NCBI RefSeq assembly: GCF_009914755.1
Contig: NC_060947.1
DNA: 64,000 nt
Direction: 5' to 3' (one strand)
Source: the human T2T-CHM13v2.0 reference genome, Homo sapiens
Under the pieces are notes generated by a model. It searched no databases and was not told the DNA's origin. It was given only the letters and a program-made list of their open reading frames with translations. The position numbers and the translations under genes are program-made. Numbering within the stretch: the first letter of the stretch is position 1; the number at the start of each line of letters is the position of its first letter. Shown here piece after piece: positions 61,119-64,000 of the stretch.

Positions 61119-61234
61119 GGCCCTGCCTAAGCAGGACCTCAAAAATTTGGTTATTAATTAATAATTGTTCCTCTCCATGGAAATCTTTAGTAAAAGGCCA
61201 AATATTTATTTGTTCTGAAGAGAAACCAGAGCAT
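61119..61234 (-). pseudogene. RNU5F-7P: Retroposed full-length U5 snRNA copy (locus name from recall, unverified)
   Basis: The reverse complement reads atgctctggtttctcttcagaacaaataaatatttggccttttactaaagatttccatggagaggaaca...aaatttttgaggtcctgcttaggcagggcc. It has the U5 5' end, loop-1 GCCUUUUAC, Sm site and 3' hairpin. An (AAAT)n tail lies at ~61072-61115, and the copy is inserted in a MIR. Confidence 0.93.
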
Positions 61235-61389
61235 CCAATATTATTGGCTGTGTGAATCTAAGGCTTCTGCCTTACTGAGTTGCAAGCTTCCTGACTCAGC
61301 TCACAGATTATAAGAAGTAAATGGATTGACCTCTACGGAAATAATCAAGCACAGTGTGAGGAACTGTGGTTGCTCAGTCTGTGACTTAT

Positions 61390-61550
61390 CCTCCCCAACT
61401 CCCTTTCCCACTTCCTCTCGCCATGCCTCTTCCCTCCTCCCTCTCCCCATCTCCCTCCCCCTTCCCTCTCTTCTACATTTCCCCTTTTCTTGCTACTTTC
61501 CATTTCCTGTCCCCACCTCTTCTCCTCCCTACTCCTCATCTCTCCTCTAC
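61390..61550. repeat. CT-rich low-complexity tract
   Basis: Polypyrimidine stretch. Confidence 0.85.
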
Positions 61551-62409
61551 ACTTTCTATATGAGACTAACACGAGGACAAGAGGAATTAAAAACCAAGTC
61601 AGAAATATGTCAGATAGTTCCATTTCTCTTTGAAAACAAATCTTAGATGTGCAGGGCATTGTACTCAGAAGGAAAACTCCCAATCATAAATCCAGGCTCC
61701 AAAAGGCTTTTCCAATACGCCCCATTTAGTTCATGAACTCTCACCGTGAAGCCTCAAGGACACAAAGAATGGCAGGAAACTGCTGATAATGTTCATTATT
61801 TTCCCAGTCTTTGAAAAATGCCCGTTTAATGTTTTGGACTGAAGATTTTTCCTGGTGAATCAAAAGATAAACTCTTAAAGTGGTTACATGATATATCAAA
61901 TGGTCTTATCTGGTGGAAGCCAGCCGGCTAGCTAACATGAGCCAGTTCAGTAATTCTGAGGTGTTTGGAGTCAAGCTGGGAAAGGGATCCTGGGTTTCAG
62001 GAAACTGCTGTATCAGCTGATGGGGGCTGCTCTAAATGTTGGCTGGAGAAATGCACTTTGGGCCCTTTGCACCAAAATTTAGATTTACCTGGTTTCTCTT
62101 CTCAATTCTTACAAATCCTTAGCTTATCAAGGAAAATCAATGATCTTAAGATCTTTTAAGACTTTGCCCCACAATATGATGACAGAAAATATATTTTATC
62201 TTAAAATTTTATTACACTATATTATATATATAAAATAAATAATAAATATAATGTATAATATATATGTAAGTTGTGAAGACTATTGACATATAAACACACA
62301 GAGGCTGGAACATTAATATCTGGGTTGTTCTCCATGATGTCTGCCTCTCCCACCAAAATACCTGCTCTCCTGAATTTTGCATTCCCCTTCTTTAAAAACA
62401 AACTACTGA

Positions 62410-63976
62410 GTTTTCTGAGCTTCTTCCTAAGGAGTCAGGAGACTCGTGGTCTGGTTCCTGGATTTTCCTCACAACACAGCTCCCATATGCCTTTCTCCAC
62501 TCATGCCTCAAAAGGAGAAACCAAGACCACTTTCTCCTCTGAGACAGGCAGAGACATCAGCCCTTCTGGGCTTGCTGAAGAAGGGAGAAAAAAAACTACA
62601 AGAAGCTATTGAACATATTGATGAAGTAAAAAATGAAATAGATTTAATGAACTAGCCAGTGAGAAGATTTTGACAGTAGAACAGAAATATAACAAACTCT
62701 GCCAACCATTTTTTCAGAAGAGGTCAGAATTGATCCCCCAAATCCCAAATTTTGGGGTAACAGCATTTGTCAGTCATCTGTAATCACCCAACGGATTCTT
62801 CCTGCCTGCTGCACAGATAAAATCAATTCACTGAGACCATGGTATTGTAGTAGAGGAAGAGTTTAATTGACACGAGGCCGGCCACGCAGGAGATGGAGTT
62901 ATTACTCAAATCAGTCTCCCTAAAGGCTTGGAGGTTAGGGGTTTTCAAGGATAGTTTGGTGGGCAGGGGACTAGGGAATGGGAAATGTTGATTGGTTGGG
63001 GATGAAATCATAGAGGTGTGGAAAATGGTCTTTGTGCACTGAGTCAGCCTCTAAGTGGGGGCTGTAGGACCAGTTGGGTCATGAGCTGCAGTCACAGTCC
63101 AGGTAGAGTCATCTGAGTAGAGTCATCCCATCATCAGAAATGCAGAAGTCTGAAAAAATATCTCGAAAGGCCAACCTTAGGTTCTACAGTAAGGATGTTA
63201 CCTACAGAAGTAATTAGGGAAGTTACAAATCTTGTGAACCCTGGAACAGTTGTTTATGCTTACAATTTAACAGAATTTTGGCCCCTCTCATAATCCTAAA
63301 CTTGTGGGCTTTGATTCATTTTACAAAGGTGGTGGTGGTTTAGTTTTGGGAAGGGCTATTATCATCCTTGCTTTGGTTAAACTCTAAACTAAATTATTCC
63401 TCAAATTAGCTTAGCCTATACCCAGGAATGACAAAGGACAGCTTGGAGGTTAGAAGCAAGATGGAGTCAACTATGTCAGATTTATCTTACTCTCATAATT
63501 TTGCAAAAGTAATTTCACATCTGTAAGTGTCTGCACTGCTTGGGGAAGAGGAAGAAGAGGCACCTTGAGCAATATACAATGGGAAAAGAGTCTCTACCCC
63601 TTTCTGTTTCAATTCATTTTTATCCCTTTCTGTCTCAACGAAAACTGTATGGAATCAACACCACTGAGCTCTGCGGGAAAAAAGAAAAATCTGCTTCCTT
63701 TGCTCTGCTGGAAGCAGAAGGGTGTTAGGCCCCTGTGTGGTAGAGCATAGAATTCTAGCTTTTTTCCTTCTCAGAAAGAACACTGTGTCTCTTTGTGAAT
63801 AAGGACAATTAGCATTTACCAACATGCATCCGTCTACTTTCTCTTGTTTAAAAACATAAAAAAGAATTTTTTAAAATGGGGTTCTAGGAAGTCAGTAAAG
63901 GTTAGGTTTGAGATGTTTGGATGGGTGAAGTGGGCATTTTGACAACATGGTTTCTCCTTTGGTATGTTTAATTGTG
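62410..63976 (+). pseudogene. SETP15: Processed pseudogene of SET (TAF-I alpha isoform); locus name from recall, unverified
   Basis: From 62476 it reads [18 protein letters not shown]...[22 protein letters not shown] against SET MAPKRQSPLPPQKKKPRP...[22 protein letters not shown], with ATG changed to ACA. After a frameshift near 62643 it reads [44 protein letters not shown]. After the LTR it reads VSALLGEEEEEA, then SET 3'UTR-like sequence. No introns. Confidence 0.95.
62779..63517 (-). mobile_element. LTR8-family ERV1 solo LTR inserted in the SET pseudogene
   Basis: TG...CA ends; the reverse complement starts tgaaattacttttgcaaaattatga...gactccatcttgcttctaacctccaagctgtcc, the LTR8 start; 4-bp TSD catc at 62775-62778 and 63518-63521. 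Confidence 0.9.
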
Positions 63977-64000
63977 GTTTTTTTTTTTAAGCATCAGTTT

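Noticed and set aside
62446-62655. 69-aa SET-like ORF as a functional retrogene
   Set aside because: The native ATG is lost, there is an early frameshift, and the LTR insertion and large deletion remove most of the NAP domain.

Overview
Primate (human-like) gene-poor intergenic DNA, AT-rich and mostly interspersed repeats. No intact protein-coding exon is supported; nearly all listed ORFs are translations of Alu, L1, MaLR or ERV sequence, or chance ORFs. The window opens in the edge of a CpG island (1-~560). It closes with two retrocopies: a full-length U5 snRNA copy (minus, 61119-61234) and a processed SET (TAF-I alpha isoform) pseudogene (plus, ~62410-63976). The SET copy is split by an LTR8-family solo LTR and has a large internal deletion. 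From memory only, and unverified, this arrangement resembles human Xp22.2 upstream of AP1S2 (RNU5F-7P, SETP15). The middle holds about 30 Alus, L1/L2/L3/MIR fragments, two complete THE1 proviruses, a MER41B LTR with both STAT1 GAS motifs intact, a complete MER85 piggyBac MITE and several nested insertions with visible target-site duplications (TSDs). I found no evidence for a new multi-gene biological system. The most unusual non-TE structures are a palindromic (TTAACCGG)-derived 8-bp array rich in Grainyhead-like sites (39791-39884), a perfect 18-bp hairpin (33767-33807) and a ~200-bp non-tandem local duplication (59341/60721). Repeat family names come from recalled consensus sequences, so subfamily calls and fuzzy ends are approximate.
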